51,878 nucleotides of DNA, taken from NCBI GenBank assembly GCA_038065775.1, contig JBBTQE010000019.1, positions 1-51,878 of the forward strand. Direction: 5' to 3'. Position numbers and translations under genes: made by a program. The notes under the pieces were generated by a model. That model did not search any database and was not told the DNA's origin. It saw only the letters and a program-made list of their open reading frames with translations. Source of the stretch: Patescibacteria group bacterium (GTDB lineage: Bacteria > Patescibacteriota > Patescibacteriia > Magasanikbacterales > GWA2-37-8). Positions within the stretch are counted from its first letter, which is position 1, and each line of letters begins with the position of its first letter. Positions 9,374 through 18,799 of the stretch are shown here, one piece after another.

Positions 9374-9815
9374 TAAAAATATTCAGATTGTATTAGATAT
9401 TCTTAAAGATGAAGTTGATGGCGATGTAGCGTCAGCTTTAAAGAAAATGACAAAAGATTATACAATGACATGGGTTGATACGGGGTTAAATGGCAAAAAA
9501 CTTTTTCCAACTACCACGCCGAATCTTAAGGCTGAATTGGAGGATGTTTATCCAATTAAGGGCCGACAGTAAGATATTAAGAATGTTGCTGAAGGAGATA
9601 ATGTTATTATGCTTGAGTTGATTGAAAGTTATCCTGATCAAAAAACAAAAAAGGTATACCGGACGCCATTAATATTAGTGCTAGAAATGAAAAATGGAAA
9701 AATTAGAACTGGCAGACATTATCTTGATCCGAAATTGTCGGACAAATATCTTACTGAAGAACAAATTGAAAAGGCATATAAAAACAACAAAGGTTCTCTG
9801 CTAATTATAAAATAA
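9357..9815 (+). pseudogene. NTF2-like (SnoaL/ketosteroid-isomerase-like) protein interrupted by one in-frame TAA
   Basis: ORFs 9357-9572 and 9609-9815 are in the same frame. The only stop between them is the TAA at 9570-9572. The joined product (...YPIKGRQ*DIKNVAEGDNVIMLELIE...GKIRTGRHYLDP) has the length and C-terminal pattern of a single NTF2-like domain. Confidence 0.5.
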
Positions 9816-9816
9816 T

Positions 9817-11307
9817 ATGATTCGCACTCGTTTCGCCCCAAGTCCAACAGGATACTTGCATGTTGGCGGCCTACGCACCGCGTTGTATCCATATTTATAC
9901 GCCAAAAAGCATGGCGGAAAATTTTTGTTGCGTATTGAAGACACGGATAGAGAGAGATATGTGCCTAACGCCGTGATAAATATATTAAAATCATTACATT
10001 GGGCCGGATTTGAGCCGGATGAAGGCGTAAAACTGGAATGTATAACCGACTCGGGCGATTGCGTTGTAACGCAAGAGGGGAAAGATGGGCCGTATATCCA
10101 GTCCGAGCGTTTGGAAATTTATAAAAAATACGCGCAGGAGCTTGTTGACGCCGGCCACGCCTATTATTGTTTTTGCGCGCCTGAACGACTTAGCGAATTG
10201 CGGGAAAAACAGCAGGCGAAGAAACTGCCGACCGGTTATGACGGTCATTGTGCGTCAATTGATCCGAAAGAGGCGGAAAAGCGAGCGAAAGCGGGCGAAA
10301 AATGCGTTATCCGTATGAAGATGCCAAAAACAGGCGAGACGATATTTAGAGACAATATTCGCGGGGAAGTTAGTTTTAAGAATGAGTTAATTGATGATCA
10401 GGTGATAATGAAATCAGACGGCTATCCTACTTATCATTTCGCGGTTGTTGTTGACGATCATCTGATGGGAATCACGCATATTATCAGAGGCGAGGAGTGG
10501 ATCAGCAGTGTCCCAAAACATATTCAATTATATAAATATTTTGGCTGGGATGTCCCGGAGATGGCGCATTTGCCGCTTTTGCTAAATCCGGATAAGTCCA
10601 AATTGAGTAAACGGCAAGGCGATGTCGCGGCCGAGGATTATCAAAAGAAAGGATACTTGCCTGAAGCCATGATTAATTTTGTCGCTTTACTCGGGTGGAA
10701 TCCTGGCACGGAAAAGGAAATGTTTACCTTGGCGGAGCTTATTGAGGAGTTTGATTTGTCGCGCGTTGGCAAGGCCGGCGCGGTGTTCAATATAGAAAAA
10801 TTGGACTGGTTTAATAAACAGTATATAAAGAAGTTGTCAGATGAAGAACTGGCCGAGCGAAGCCGGCCGTGGTTTGATGAGTCGGGCATAACAACAATGG
10901 AAAACTTTACCGAAGAGTTGTTAAAAAAGGCGATAGTCCTTGAGCGCGAGAGAGTAACTGTGTTATCCGAACTTCCGGATGCGGTTAAGTTTGTGTTTAG
11001 AACCCCCGATTATCCGGCTGATTTACTCGTTTGGAAAAAGAGTTCTAAAAATGAAGTTAAAAATGTCTTGCCGGGACTCGCGGAATTAATGAACACAATA
11101 AGTGTTCATGACTGGAACAGAGAAAAGTTGGAGGAAAAGATAGTGGAGTGGATAAAAGAAAAGGAATATTCCACCGGTTCTGTGCTGTGGCCTCTTCGTG
11201 TTGCGCTTTCGGGTCAGGAAAAGTCCCCCGGGCCGTTTGAAATTGCGGAGGTGTTAGGAAAAGATGAGACGTTGGCGCGTATTTCTTCTGCCGCAGATAG
11301 GGTATAA
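9817..11307 (+). CDS. gltX: glutamate--tRNA ligase
   Basis: 496 aa. RFAPSPTGYLHVGGLRTALY provides the HIGH-type motif and KLSKRQ provides KMSKS. Confidence 0.9.
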   Translation: MIRTRFAPSPTGYLHVGGLRTALYPYLYAKKHGGKFLLRIEDTDRERYVPNAVINILKSLHWAGFEPDEGVKLECITDSGDCVVTQEGKDGPYIQSERLEIYKKYAQELVDAGHAYYCFCAPERLSELREKQQAKKLPTGYDGHCASIDPKEAEKRAKAGEKCVIRMKMPKTGETIFRDNIRGEVSFKNELIDDQVIMKSDGYPTYHFAVVVDDHLMGITHIIRGEEWISSVPKHIQLYKYFGWDVPEMAHLPLLLNPDKSKLSKRQGDVAAEDYQKKGYLPEAMINFVALLGWNPGTEKEMFTLAELIEEFDLSRVGKAGAVFNIEKLDWFNKQYIKKLSDEELAERSRPWFDESGITTMENFTEELLKKAIVLERERVTVLSELPDAVKFVFRTPDYPADLLVWKKSSKNEVKNVLPGLAELMNTISVHDWNREKLEEKIVEWIKEKEYSTGSVLWPLRVALSGQEKSPGPFEIAEVLGKDETLARISSAADRV

Positions 11308-11338
11308 TTTTACGCCTGTTTGTGGTATACTATATATC

Positions 11339-12562
11339 ATGATCATAAAAAAATACTCGTCATTATTAATTTTAGCAATTTTTATTTTAGCCTTAACCGG
11401 GCCGAGTCTTGTTTTTGGAGAAGTGGGTGGAAATTCCGAGGAAATTCAACAATTAAATTCTGAAATAGAGCAGAGAAAAAATACAATCAAACAACTTGAA
11501 GAGGCAATTGAAAAATACAAAAAAAGTATTGAACAAAAGCAGACGGAAGCTTCGTCATTAAAAAATCAACTTGCGATTTTGGATGCGAATATTGTGAAAG
11601 TTACGGCCGATGTTGAATTAACAGGGGAAAAAATTAAACAAACATCATTGGAAATTGAAGCGCTTCAGTTGTCGATAAAAGACAAGGAGGCTGTAATCGC
11701 CAGGCAGAAAAAACTGGTCGCAAAAATAATTCAGAATATTCACGCTGACCAGGAAAGAAATTATTTGGAAATAATGTTGACGAACGGCAGTTTCGCGGAA
11801 TTTTATGATAAAATTCAGTACAAAATGAGTGTTTACACCGATCTTGGAAGATCTGTTAAAATATTGCGTTTAACCAAGGAAGATTTGGAAAGCAAAAAAT
11901 CGCAGATTGAGAGAAAAAAATTGTCATACGAAAAATTAAAAGTTGAACTTGAAGAAAATAAAGAGCGTCTTGAAGATCAGCAATTAGCTAAACAAGATTT
12001 GCTAGTGCAAACGCGATTTTCCGAAATGAAATACAAAACACTGCTCGCTAGTTTAAAGCAGGAGTACCAATCTGTTGAGGGAGAAATTAGAAAATTTGAA
12101 GAGCAGGTAAGAAAAAAACTGGAGGCTCAAGATAAGCTTATTGGCGCGGCCGGAGATTTTTTTTGGCCAGTGCCAAGCCGGGTTATTACCGCTAAATTTC
12201 ATGATCCGGATTATCCATTTCGCAGAGTTTTTGAGCATAGCGGCACTGATATTCGCGCTTCACAGGGCACGCCGGTTAAAGCCGCAAATTCAGGCTACGT
12301 TGGACGCGCGCGAAAGTGTTCTTTAGCCTCCTGTTATAGTTATATTTTGCTCATTCATACGGGGAATTTATCAAGTCTGTATGGCCACTTGAGTTTGGTA
12401 AATGTTGAGGCAGATCAGTTTGTTAACAAAGGCGATATCATAGGATATTCAGGCGGAAAGCCCGGAACTGTTGGCGCCGGTTCTTTTGTTACAGGCCCTC
12501 ACCTGCATTTTGAAATTCGTCAAAATGGAATTCCTGTTGATGCCGAACAATATTTGCCTTAA
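11339..12562 (+). CDS. M23-family peptidoglycan endopeptidase with N-terminal coiled coil (EnvC-like)
   Basis: The start is taken at MIIKKYSSLLILAIF, which is signal- or TM-like. The longer track ORF overlaps the gltX 3' end. A long coiled coil is followed by HSGTDI...GHLS...GPHLHFEIR (the HxxxD and HxH motifs of M23). Confidence 0.8.
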   Translation: MIIKKYSSLLILAIFILALTGPSLVFGEVGGNSEEIQQLNSEIEQRKNTIKQLEEAIEKYKKSIEQKQTEASSLKNQLAILDANIVKVTADVELTGEKIKQTSLEIEALQLSIKDKEAVIARQKKLVAKIIQNIHADQERNYLEIMLTNGSFAEFYDKIQYKMSVYTDLGRSVKILRLTKEDLESKKSQIERKKLSYEKLKVELEENKERLEDQQLAKQDLLVQTRFSEMKYKTLLASLKQEYQSVEGEIRKFEEQVRKKLEAQDKLIGAAGDFFWPVPSRVITAKFHDPDYPFRRVFEHSGTDIRASQGTPVKAANSGYVGRARKCSLASCYSYILLIHTGNLSSLYGHLSLVNVEADQFVNKGDIIGYSGGKPGTVGAGSFVTGPHLHFEIRQNGIPVDAEQYLP

Positions 12563-12582
12563 ATTTGGAGGAAATTATAGTT

Positions 12583-13563
12583 ATGAAAAAATTAAAAATT
12601 GCGGTATTAGTTGGTGGGCCATCGTTGGAGCGAGAAGTGTCGTTCGTCACTGGGAAAGCGATTTTTGACAATCTTGATAGAAAAAAATATACGGTAAGTT
12701 TAGTTGAAATGACGAAAGAAGGCCATTTTTTTGTTACCGAGAATAAGGTGAAAAAAGTTATTGATTTTCAAAATAAAGACAAAAATAAGTTTGATTTGAT
12801 TTTTATCGCAATGCATGGAACGCCTGGTGAAGACGGCACGATACAAGGCATGTTTGAAGTCTTGAAAATTAAATACACTGGTCCAAATACGCTCTCCAGC
12901 GCTCTTTGCATGAATAAGATTTACTCGGCGCAGATTTATTTTGCCAACGGTCTTCCGTATCCTGATTTTATCAATTTTAAAAAAGATGGCTGGAAAAATT
13001 CAAAAGAAAAAATTTTAGATGATGTAAATAAAAAAATTGGCTACCCGGCGGTTATTAAGCCGGTGGATCAGGGTTCCGCGGTCGGAGTTTCTGTTGTAAG
13101 AAATAAAGAGGAACTAAAAAATACTGTTGACAAAACGATTAAGAAATTTCCATGGCTGATCGCGCAAAAATTTATAAAAGGACAGGAAGCGACTTGTGGC
13201 GTAATTGAAATTGACGGCAAACTATTTCCGCTTCCTCCCACGCGTATTCTGCCAAGATTGGGAAAATTTTACGATTATAAATCAAAATATAAAAAAGGTG
13301 GCTCAACACATATTTGTCCAGCGGATTTTTCGCCGGAAGTTAATTTGGCGATTCAGGATCTTACATTAAAGGCGCATATTGCTTTGGGCTGTCGCGGCAT
13401 GTCCAGAACGGATATCTTTGTTGGCGATGATAAAAAATTATATATTTTGGAAACCAACACCATTCCCGGCATGACTCCTACCAGCCTCTTCCCTGAAGCA
13501 GCCGCAAAAGCTGGAATTGATTTTTCACGAATGCTTGATTTAATTATCAAATCTTCATTATGA
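12583..13563 (+). CDS. ddl: D-alanine--D-alanine ligase
   Basis: The start is at ATG 12583, preceded by GGAGG at 12567-12571. The product begins MKKLKIAVLVGGPSLEREVS and continues with an ATP-grasp fold (YPAVIKPVDQGSAVGVS, ETNTIPGMT). Confidence 0.9.
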   Translation: MKKLKIAVLVGGPSLEREVSFVTGKAIFDNLDRKKYTVSLVEMTKEGHFFVTENKVKKVIDFQNKDKNKFDLIFIAMHGTPGEDGTIQGMFEVLKIKYTGPNTLSSALCMNKIYSAQIYFANGLPYPDFINFKKDGWKNSKEKILDDVNKKIGYPAVIKPVDQGSAVGVSVVRNKEELKNTVDKTIKKFPWLIAQKFIKGQEATCGVIEIDGKLFPLPPTRILPRLGKFYDYKSKYKKGGSTHICPADFSPEVNLAIQDLTLKAHIALGCRGMSRTDIFVGDDKKLYILETNTIPGMTPTSLFPEAAAKAGIDFSRMLDLIIKSSL

Positions 13564-15692
13564 GAAAAAGCGATCGGAGCTTAATTAAATTATTCAATCC
13601 GGATTCGGTAGCCATTTTAGGCGCCTCCCGTGATAAAAGAAAAATAGGACATCTTGTTTTAAACAATATTATTCAGTCCGGGTTTAAAGGCAAGATTTTT
13701 CCGGTTAATCCAAACTCCAAGTCAGTTGAAGGCTTGGTTTGTTATGCTCATTACAAAAATTTACCCGTGACACCTGATTTGGCAATTTTTGCAGTGCCCG
13801 CTGAATTGGCCATCACTCTTTTGGAGGACGTGGCCCTAAAAGGAACAAAAAATATACTTATATTTAGCGCTGGATTTAAAGAAGCGGGGCTAGAAGGGGA
13901 GAGGAAACAGTTAAAATTGCAATTCATATCAAAAAAGTATGGGTTAAATATACTAGGTCCGAATTGCCTAGGATTTGTGAATAACTTTGAAAAACTCAAC
14001 GCCACGTTTAGCCGGACAAGCGGAGAAGCGGGCAATTTACGATTTATTTCGCAATCAGGGGCGCTGGCTTCCGCGATTTTTGATTGGGCAGATGATTTTC
14101 AGTTGGGTTTTGATGAATTTATCACAATAGGAAACAAAGCTGTTTTAAATGAAAATGCCATCTTAAGATACTGGCTTAAAGAGACAAAAAAACATAAATT
14201 TGTGGCTGGCTTATCCAATTGCCGGCCGATTGGAATGTATCTGGAATCCGTAGAAGATGGGAGAGAGTTTATTGAGTTGGCCAAAAAGATTTCGCTTCAT
14301 GATCCGATATTTATTTTAAAACCAGGAAAATCAAGCGGAGCGAGAAAAGCGATTAGTTCACATACTGGCTCAATGGTGGGGGATGACGCGGTATTAGATT
14401 GCGCGCTAAAGGAGGCGGGAGTTACTCGATGCGATGGGGTTGAAGACATGTTTGATCTTGCAAAATTTTTTTCATGGGAGAACGCGCCTGAAGGCCCCAA
14501 TGTCGCGGTTATTTCCAACGCCGGCGGCCCGGCGGTCATTTGCTCTGATTTTATTGAAGAAAATGGTTTGAAGTTGGCAGAATTTAATGAAAATACGAAG
14601 GCCGAATTAAAGAAAAATTTACCAGAATTCGCAAGCGTCTTAAACCCGGTTGATGTGTTGGGCGACGCATTGTCGGATCGTTATGAATTCGCGATAAATA
14701 CTGTGCTTTGCGAAAAGAATGTTCATTCGCTTGTTGTTATTTTAACGCCTCAAATCATGACAAAAATCGAGCTTACTGCGCAAAAAATTGCGAAATTGGC
14801 GAAGAAGTACCGAAAAACAGTTGCCTGCGTTTTCATGGGAGGTAAGATAATTCGTAAGTGCAGAGACGCTCTTGAGTCTAGCAAAATTCCTTTTTTTAGA
14901 TACCCGGAGCGAGCGATAATGGCTTTGGCAAAAATGTGGCAATGGAAAAAATGGACTAAACAAAAAGCAGAAAAAAGACTTTCCTTCCATCTACTAACAA
15001 TTCCAAACGCGGCGAAGCAGATAATCAAAAAGGTTGAGAACGACAAGAGGAGTGTTTTTTCAGGGATTGAAGCCAGTGATTTTGTTGGCGCGTGTGGTAT
15101 TAAAACTCCCGCTTCTCGCATCGTAAATTCTAACCACGAGGCGATCGGCTTCGGTGGCAAAAATTGGCCCGTTGTATTAAAAACATCGTCTTCGGCATTA
15201 ATACATAAAGCCGATTCCGGAAATGTTGTGACAGGAATTAGTGACACAAACAAATTATTGAAAGCCATCAGCGAACTTTCGCGAAAAATTGCAAGATTGC
15301 CAAAAAATTCAAATGGTTCAATCCAAATACAAAAACAAATTTTTGGGGTTGAGGTTATAATTGGCGTAAAGGAAGATAAAAATTTTGGAAAAGTTTTAAT
15401 GTTTGGAGCTGGAGGCGCTTTGGCCGAGTTAATCTCTGACAAAAATTTAGCAATTTTACCGATTAACAAATCATCGGCGGAAAAACTTGTTTCCGAATCA
15501 AGGGTTTTCCCGCTGTTAAGAGGTTATCGCGGACAAAAACCTTGCGCAATTGAAAAATTGGTTGATTTAATTGTAAAATTATCAAATGTCGCGCAAAGTG
15601 CAAGCGAAATACAGGAAATTGAAATAAATCCAGTAATTGTTACGGAAAAAGAAGCTTACGCCGTTGACCCGAAGATAATTTTGAAAAAATAG
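13560..15692 (+). CDS. ADP-forming acetyl-CoA synthetase (fused alpha and beta: CoA-binding, CoA-ligase and ATP-grasp domains)
   Basis: 710 aa. LFNPDSVAILGAS marks the CoA-binding domain. SQSGA and ISNAGGPAV are succinyl-CoA-synthetase-like motifs. The C-terminal ATP-grasp_5-like region ends in EINPVIV. The start overlaps the ddl stop (ATGA). Confidence 0.8.
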   Translation: MRKSDRSLIKLFNPDSVAILGASRDKRKIGHLVLNNIIQSGFKGKIFPVNPNSKSVEGLVCYAHYKNLPVTPDLAIFAVPAELAITLLEDVALKGTKNILIFSAGFKEAGLEGERKQLKLQFISKKYGLNILGPNCLGFVNNFEKLNATFSRTSGEAGNLRFISQSGALASAIFDWADDFQLGFDEFITIGNKAVLNENAILRYWLKETKKHKFVAGLSNCRPIGMYLESVEDGREFIELAKKISLHDPIFILKPGKSSGARKAISSHTGSMVGDDAVLDCALKEAGVTRCDGVEDMFDLAKFFSWENAPEGPNVAVISNAGGPAVICSDFIEENGLKLAEFNENTKAELKKNLPEFASVLNPVDVLGDALSDRYEFAINTVLCEKNVHSLVVILTPQIMTKIELTAQKIAKLAKKYRKTVACVFMGGKIIRKCRDALESSKIPFFRYPERAIMALAKMWQWKKWTKQKAEKRLSFHLLTIPNAAKQIIKKVENDKRSVFSGIEASDFVGACGIKTPASRIVNSNHEAIGFGGKNWPVVLKTSSSALIHKADSGNVVTGISDTNKLLKAISELSRKIARLPKNSNGSIQIQKQIFGVEVIIGVKEDKNFGKVLMFGAGGALAELISDKNLAILPINKSSAEKLVSESRVFPLLRGYRGQKPCAIEKLVDLIVKLSNVAQSASEIQEIEINPVIVTEKEAYAVDPKIILKK

Positions 15693-15706
15693 CGCGAAAT
15701 TTACGG

Positions 15707-16672
15707 CTACTCTTTGTCAAAAAGAGGATGAAAATCATGGTGCGTTTTCTCCGCGAACTTATCAGAGGCGTGCACGTAGCGGGTCGTCGTGTCTAGCGAC
15801 TCGTGGCCCAACAGAATCTGGATTGCCGCAGGGTTAGCGCCATTTTCGGCTAAAAAAGTAGCAAACCCATGGCGCAGAGTATGGGCGCTGATGGGAATAT
15901 TTATATCGAGCAACTCCCGATATTTTTTTATTTTAAATTGCAAGTAATTGGTTGATATTTTTTTATTTTTTTCCTGATTATTTCTGCCCCGGTAGGGGAC
16001 AAATAACATATCAGACGTGCTATTTCGTTTGGCGAGGTAATTTTTTAAGTGCGCAAGCGCTCGAGGCGTCAAATATACAAAACGTTGTTTTTTTCCTTTT
16101 CCAAGCACATAAATTCGTCCAGTTTGGTCAATTTGGTTCACTTTTAGCGATAAAAGTTCGGAAATACGCATGCCAGTGGCGAATAATGTTTCAAGCATCG
16201 CTCTGTTGCGTAGAGCGACACGTTCCTCGCCTTCATATTTTATCGGAGCTTCAATAATTTTTATAATTTCTTCAAATTCAGGCACTTGCGCGTGTTTTTT
16301 AATGTTTTTAATTAATTTTATCGCGGCAGGGGATATGGGGGTGGTATGATCCATATCTTCCATAAACTTTAAATAAGACCGCAAGGCCGAAAGCATGCGG
16401 TTTATAGAGTAACTGCTTAGCTTTTTATTAGGTCTATTGGTTGATATGGCCGTTCTACGGTCAGAAGAGCCCAAATAAGCCTTGTAGCGCAATAAATCCG
16501 TCTTATCTATCTTGTTAAATACTTTTTTTATATCTTCGTTTAAAAAATATTCAAAAATTTTTAAATCGCGCTCGTAGTTGTAAGCAGTTTCTTCAGAGAA
16601 GTTATTTGCTTTAAGATTTAAAATAAAATCATCTAGATATGGAAGTTGCGGTAAATTGTTTAAAGTAGTCAT
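15707..16672 (-). CDS. tyrosine site-specific recombinase (XerC/XerD family)
   Basis: The C-terminal catalytic signature is HTLRHGFATFL...LLGHESLDTTTRYVH, plus ATGMRISEL. The start is taken at MTTLNNLPQLPY (16672), because the longer ORF overlaps the upstream ftsQ-like gene. Confidence 0.85.
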   Translation of the reverse strand: MTTLNNLPQLPYLDDFILNLKANNFSEETAYNYERDLKIFEYFLNEDIKKVFNKIDKTDLLRYKAYLGSSDRRTAISTNRPNKKLSSYSINRMLSALRSYLKFMEDMDHTTPISPAAIKLIKNIKKHAQVPEFEEIIKIIEAPIKYEGEERVALRNRAMLETLFATGMRISELLSLKVNQIDQTGRIYVLGKGKKQRFVYLTPRALAHLKNYLAKRNSTSDMLFVPYRGRNNQEKNKKISTNYLQFKIKKYRELLDINIPISAHTLRHGFATFLAENGANPAAIQILLGHESLDTTTRYVHASDKFAEKTHHDFHPLFDKE

Positions 16673-16760
16673 ATTGAACTGAGTGTAAGAGATATTATAC
16701 TCAATTATATAATACTCTTGAAATGCGGTCAAAGTACTTTTCCACAGCCCTCCCCTTCTA

Positions 16761-17672
16761 TTACTTCCAATAAATTCTGCTGTCAAGACGTAAATCAATA
16801 TACTCGGTTGGTTTCACCGTTTTTAAAATATTTTTAAGATTATTAATTTGAAAATCTACATCAATAATATCCGGATTGAAATAAATATTCCATGTTTTTG
16901 CCGTATCTATCATTACGCCCGCGGAGGGATTGTCTATTTTAAAATATTCAGCCGTGCCAATCCCCTTTTTTAAAAGCGCGGTGTGCCATGCAATTATTGA
17001 TTCTACTATATTTTGTGGAAGTAAACCAAGCTGATTGTTTTCAATTTTTATAATTTGAGTGTCATAAACTATGGGGTAATTTCCATAGAGAGCCTGAATT
17101 TTTTTAAAATTTGGCGTGTAAGTTGAGCTTGCGCCAGAAACATGCGATGTGCTGCTGGTCGCATTTTTAAGAATTGAAAAATTAGAGGGGGTGCCTGACA
17201 CGGAACTGGCTTCACCCAGATATTTAATTAGACCGCCCCCAGTATCTAGCAAATAATATTTTGAATTGTTTTCATAGATCACGGAAGAAACTTTTTCTGT
17301 AATATTTACAGTAATTTTATTTGGGAATAGTTTGAATACCGCTACGTCTTCAAGCGTAAATTTATTTTTGAGTGATGCCTGAATTTTTTCTGGATTAACT
17401 AAAAAATAATTGTCAAACGGAATATAATAGTATTTTGAAAAAAGAAATTGTTCATAAATAAAATTTTTAACCTCCACCTCGCTTAAATTATTTATCCCAA
17501 CAATCTTTACACTTGTAATTCTAAAATACGGAAGGTACATCGCCAGAAGAAGCCACGCGAGAACGGTTGCAAAAAATAAAATTAAAATCAATCTCGCCTT
17601 TGATGTTTTTATTTTTTTAGGCGCGTGAGGTTTATATTTTTGAAAGCTTAATTCAGATCGAAGATGTCTCAT
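16761..17672 (-). CDS. FtsQ/DivIB-like cell division protein (TM helix plus POTRA)
   Basis: 303 aa. A single N-terminal TM helix (LILILFFATVLAWLLLAMYL) is followed by a POTRA-like FRITSVKIVGINNLSEVEVKNFI segment. Confidence 0.6.
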   Translation of the reverse strand: MRHLRSELSFQKYKPHAPKKIKTSKARLILILFFATVLAWLLLAMYLPYFRITSVKIVGINNLSEVEVKNFIYEQFLFSKYYYIPFDNYFLVNPEKIQASLKNKFTLEDVAVFKLFPNKITVNITEKVSSVIYENNSKYYLLDTGGGLIKYLGEASSVSGTPSNFSILKNATSSTSHVSGASSTYTPNFKKIQALYGNYPIVYDTQIIKIENNQLGLLPQNIVESIIAWHTALLKKGIGTAEYFKIDNPSAGVMIDTAKTWNIYFNPDIIDVDFQINNLKNILKTVKPTEYIDLRLDSRIYWK

Positions 17673-17674
17673 GT

Positions 17675-18787
17675 TTATGTTGTTATTCGAGGTAAAAGCG
17701 GATTTATTCTGTCAACAATCTCATAATTTATCGTCCCGGCCCAATTCGCAAGTTCGTCAGCGCTTATTTTCGTTTTATTCTTCCCGCCAATTAAAGTTAC
17801 TCTATCCCCCACCTTTGTTTTTACATGCGTGATATCAATCATGGATAAATTCATGCAAATTCGCCCCACAATTGGGCATCTTTTTTTATTTATTAAAACA
17901 AAGGCGCGGTTTGACAGTCTCCTGTCGTAACCATCCCAATAACCAACCGGAATTATTGCCAGGGTCGTTGGTCTGCTTGTCTTAAAAGTTCCTCCATACC
18001 CAACATTTACGCCAGTTCGAATTTTTTTAATTTGTATTATTTTTGTATACCAGCTTAAGGCTGGTTTTAAATCCGCAAATTTTTGCGATCGCGAACTTGG
18101 ATACAACCCATATAAGCTTAATCCGAGCCTGACCGCATTTCCATGTGTAAACTTGTGCAATATAGATGCGGCAGAGCATGCCATGTGTTTAATTGGAGGA
18201 TTTATGCCTTTTTTCTTTAAACCCAGCAGAACTTTTTTAAAAATATTGAATTGCTGTCGTGTTAAGGCGGCGTCCTCTTCGCTTGAAGCAAAATGACTGT
18301 AGAGGCCCTCAATTTCAATATTTTTAAACTTACTAATTTGCTCAACAAACGTTAAGGCGATATCTGGCAAAATACCGACGCGCGATGTTCCGGTATCAAT
18401 TTTTACATGCGCCTTAATTTTTTTGTTCATTTTTTTTCCGAGTCTTTGCAAGATTTTAGCCGATTTAATATCATAAATTGGAAAAACTACATTATTTTTT
18501 ATAGCCAATGATAGATTGCGGCGATCATTTAATTCAAAAAAACTCAAAATTATTATTGGTTTAAGAATATTATTTTTTATTAAATTTACGGCTTCGTCCA
18601 AGTTTGCCACGCAAATTCTATCCACTTCCCTATTCTGTTGACAAATTTTGGCGACATTTAAAAACCCGTGCCCATACGCATTCGCCTTAATTACCGGCAT
18701 CAACAAGACATCTGGGCCAACTAATTTTCGAAACTGTTTGATATTATGCCGAATCGCCTTGGAATTGATCTCAACCCAAGTAAGCAT
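17675..18787 (-). CDS. alr: alanine racemase
   Basis: 370 aa. VIKANAYGHG carries the PLP lysine, and the C-terminal GRICMNLSMIDIT is family-typical. Confidence 0.9.
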   Translation of the reverse strand: MLTWVEINSKAIRHNIKQFRKLVGPDVLLMPVIKANAYGHGFLNVAKICQQNREVDRICVANLDEAVNLIKNNILKPIIILSFFELNDRRNLSLAIKNNVVFPIYDIKSAKILQRLGKKMNKKIKAHVKIDTGTSRVGILPDIALTFVEQISKFKNIEIEGLYSHFASSEEDAALTRQQFNIFKKVLLGLKKKGINPPIKHMACSAASILHKFTHGNAVRLGLSLYGLYPSSRSQKFADLKPALSWYTKIIQIKKIRTGVNVGYGGTFKTSRPTTLAIIPVGYWDGYDRRLSNRAFVLINKKRCPIVGRICMNLSMIDITHVKTKVGDRVTLIGGKNKTKISADELANWAGTINYEIVDRINPLLPRITT

Positions 18788-18799
18788 AAATTTCCTTCC

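Noticed and set aside
14750-15469. 239-aa ORF on the minus strand inside the acetyl-CoA synthetase gene
   Set aside because: It lies entirely antisense to a well-supported 710-aa CDS. Its composition is low-complexity and Ser/Phe/Ile-rich with no recognisable motifs, which is typical of a shadow ORF. The same reasoning applies to 13751-14035, 14297-14539 and 14742-14990.
15707-16798. Tyrosine recombinase as a marker of an integrated mobile element
   Set aside because: It is flanked by housekeeping genes (acetyl-CoA synthetase and ftsQ-like/alr) with no cargo, no visible direct repeats and no compositional shift. It is more likely the chromosomal Xer dimer-resolution recombinase. The 42-codon N-terminal extension in the track overlaps the ftsQ-like gene and was trimmed.
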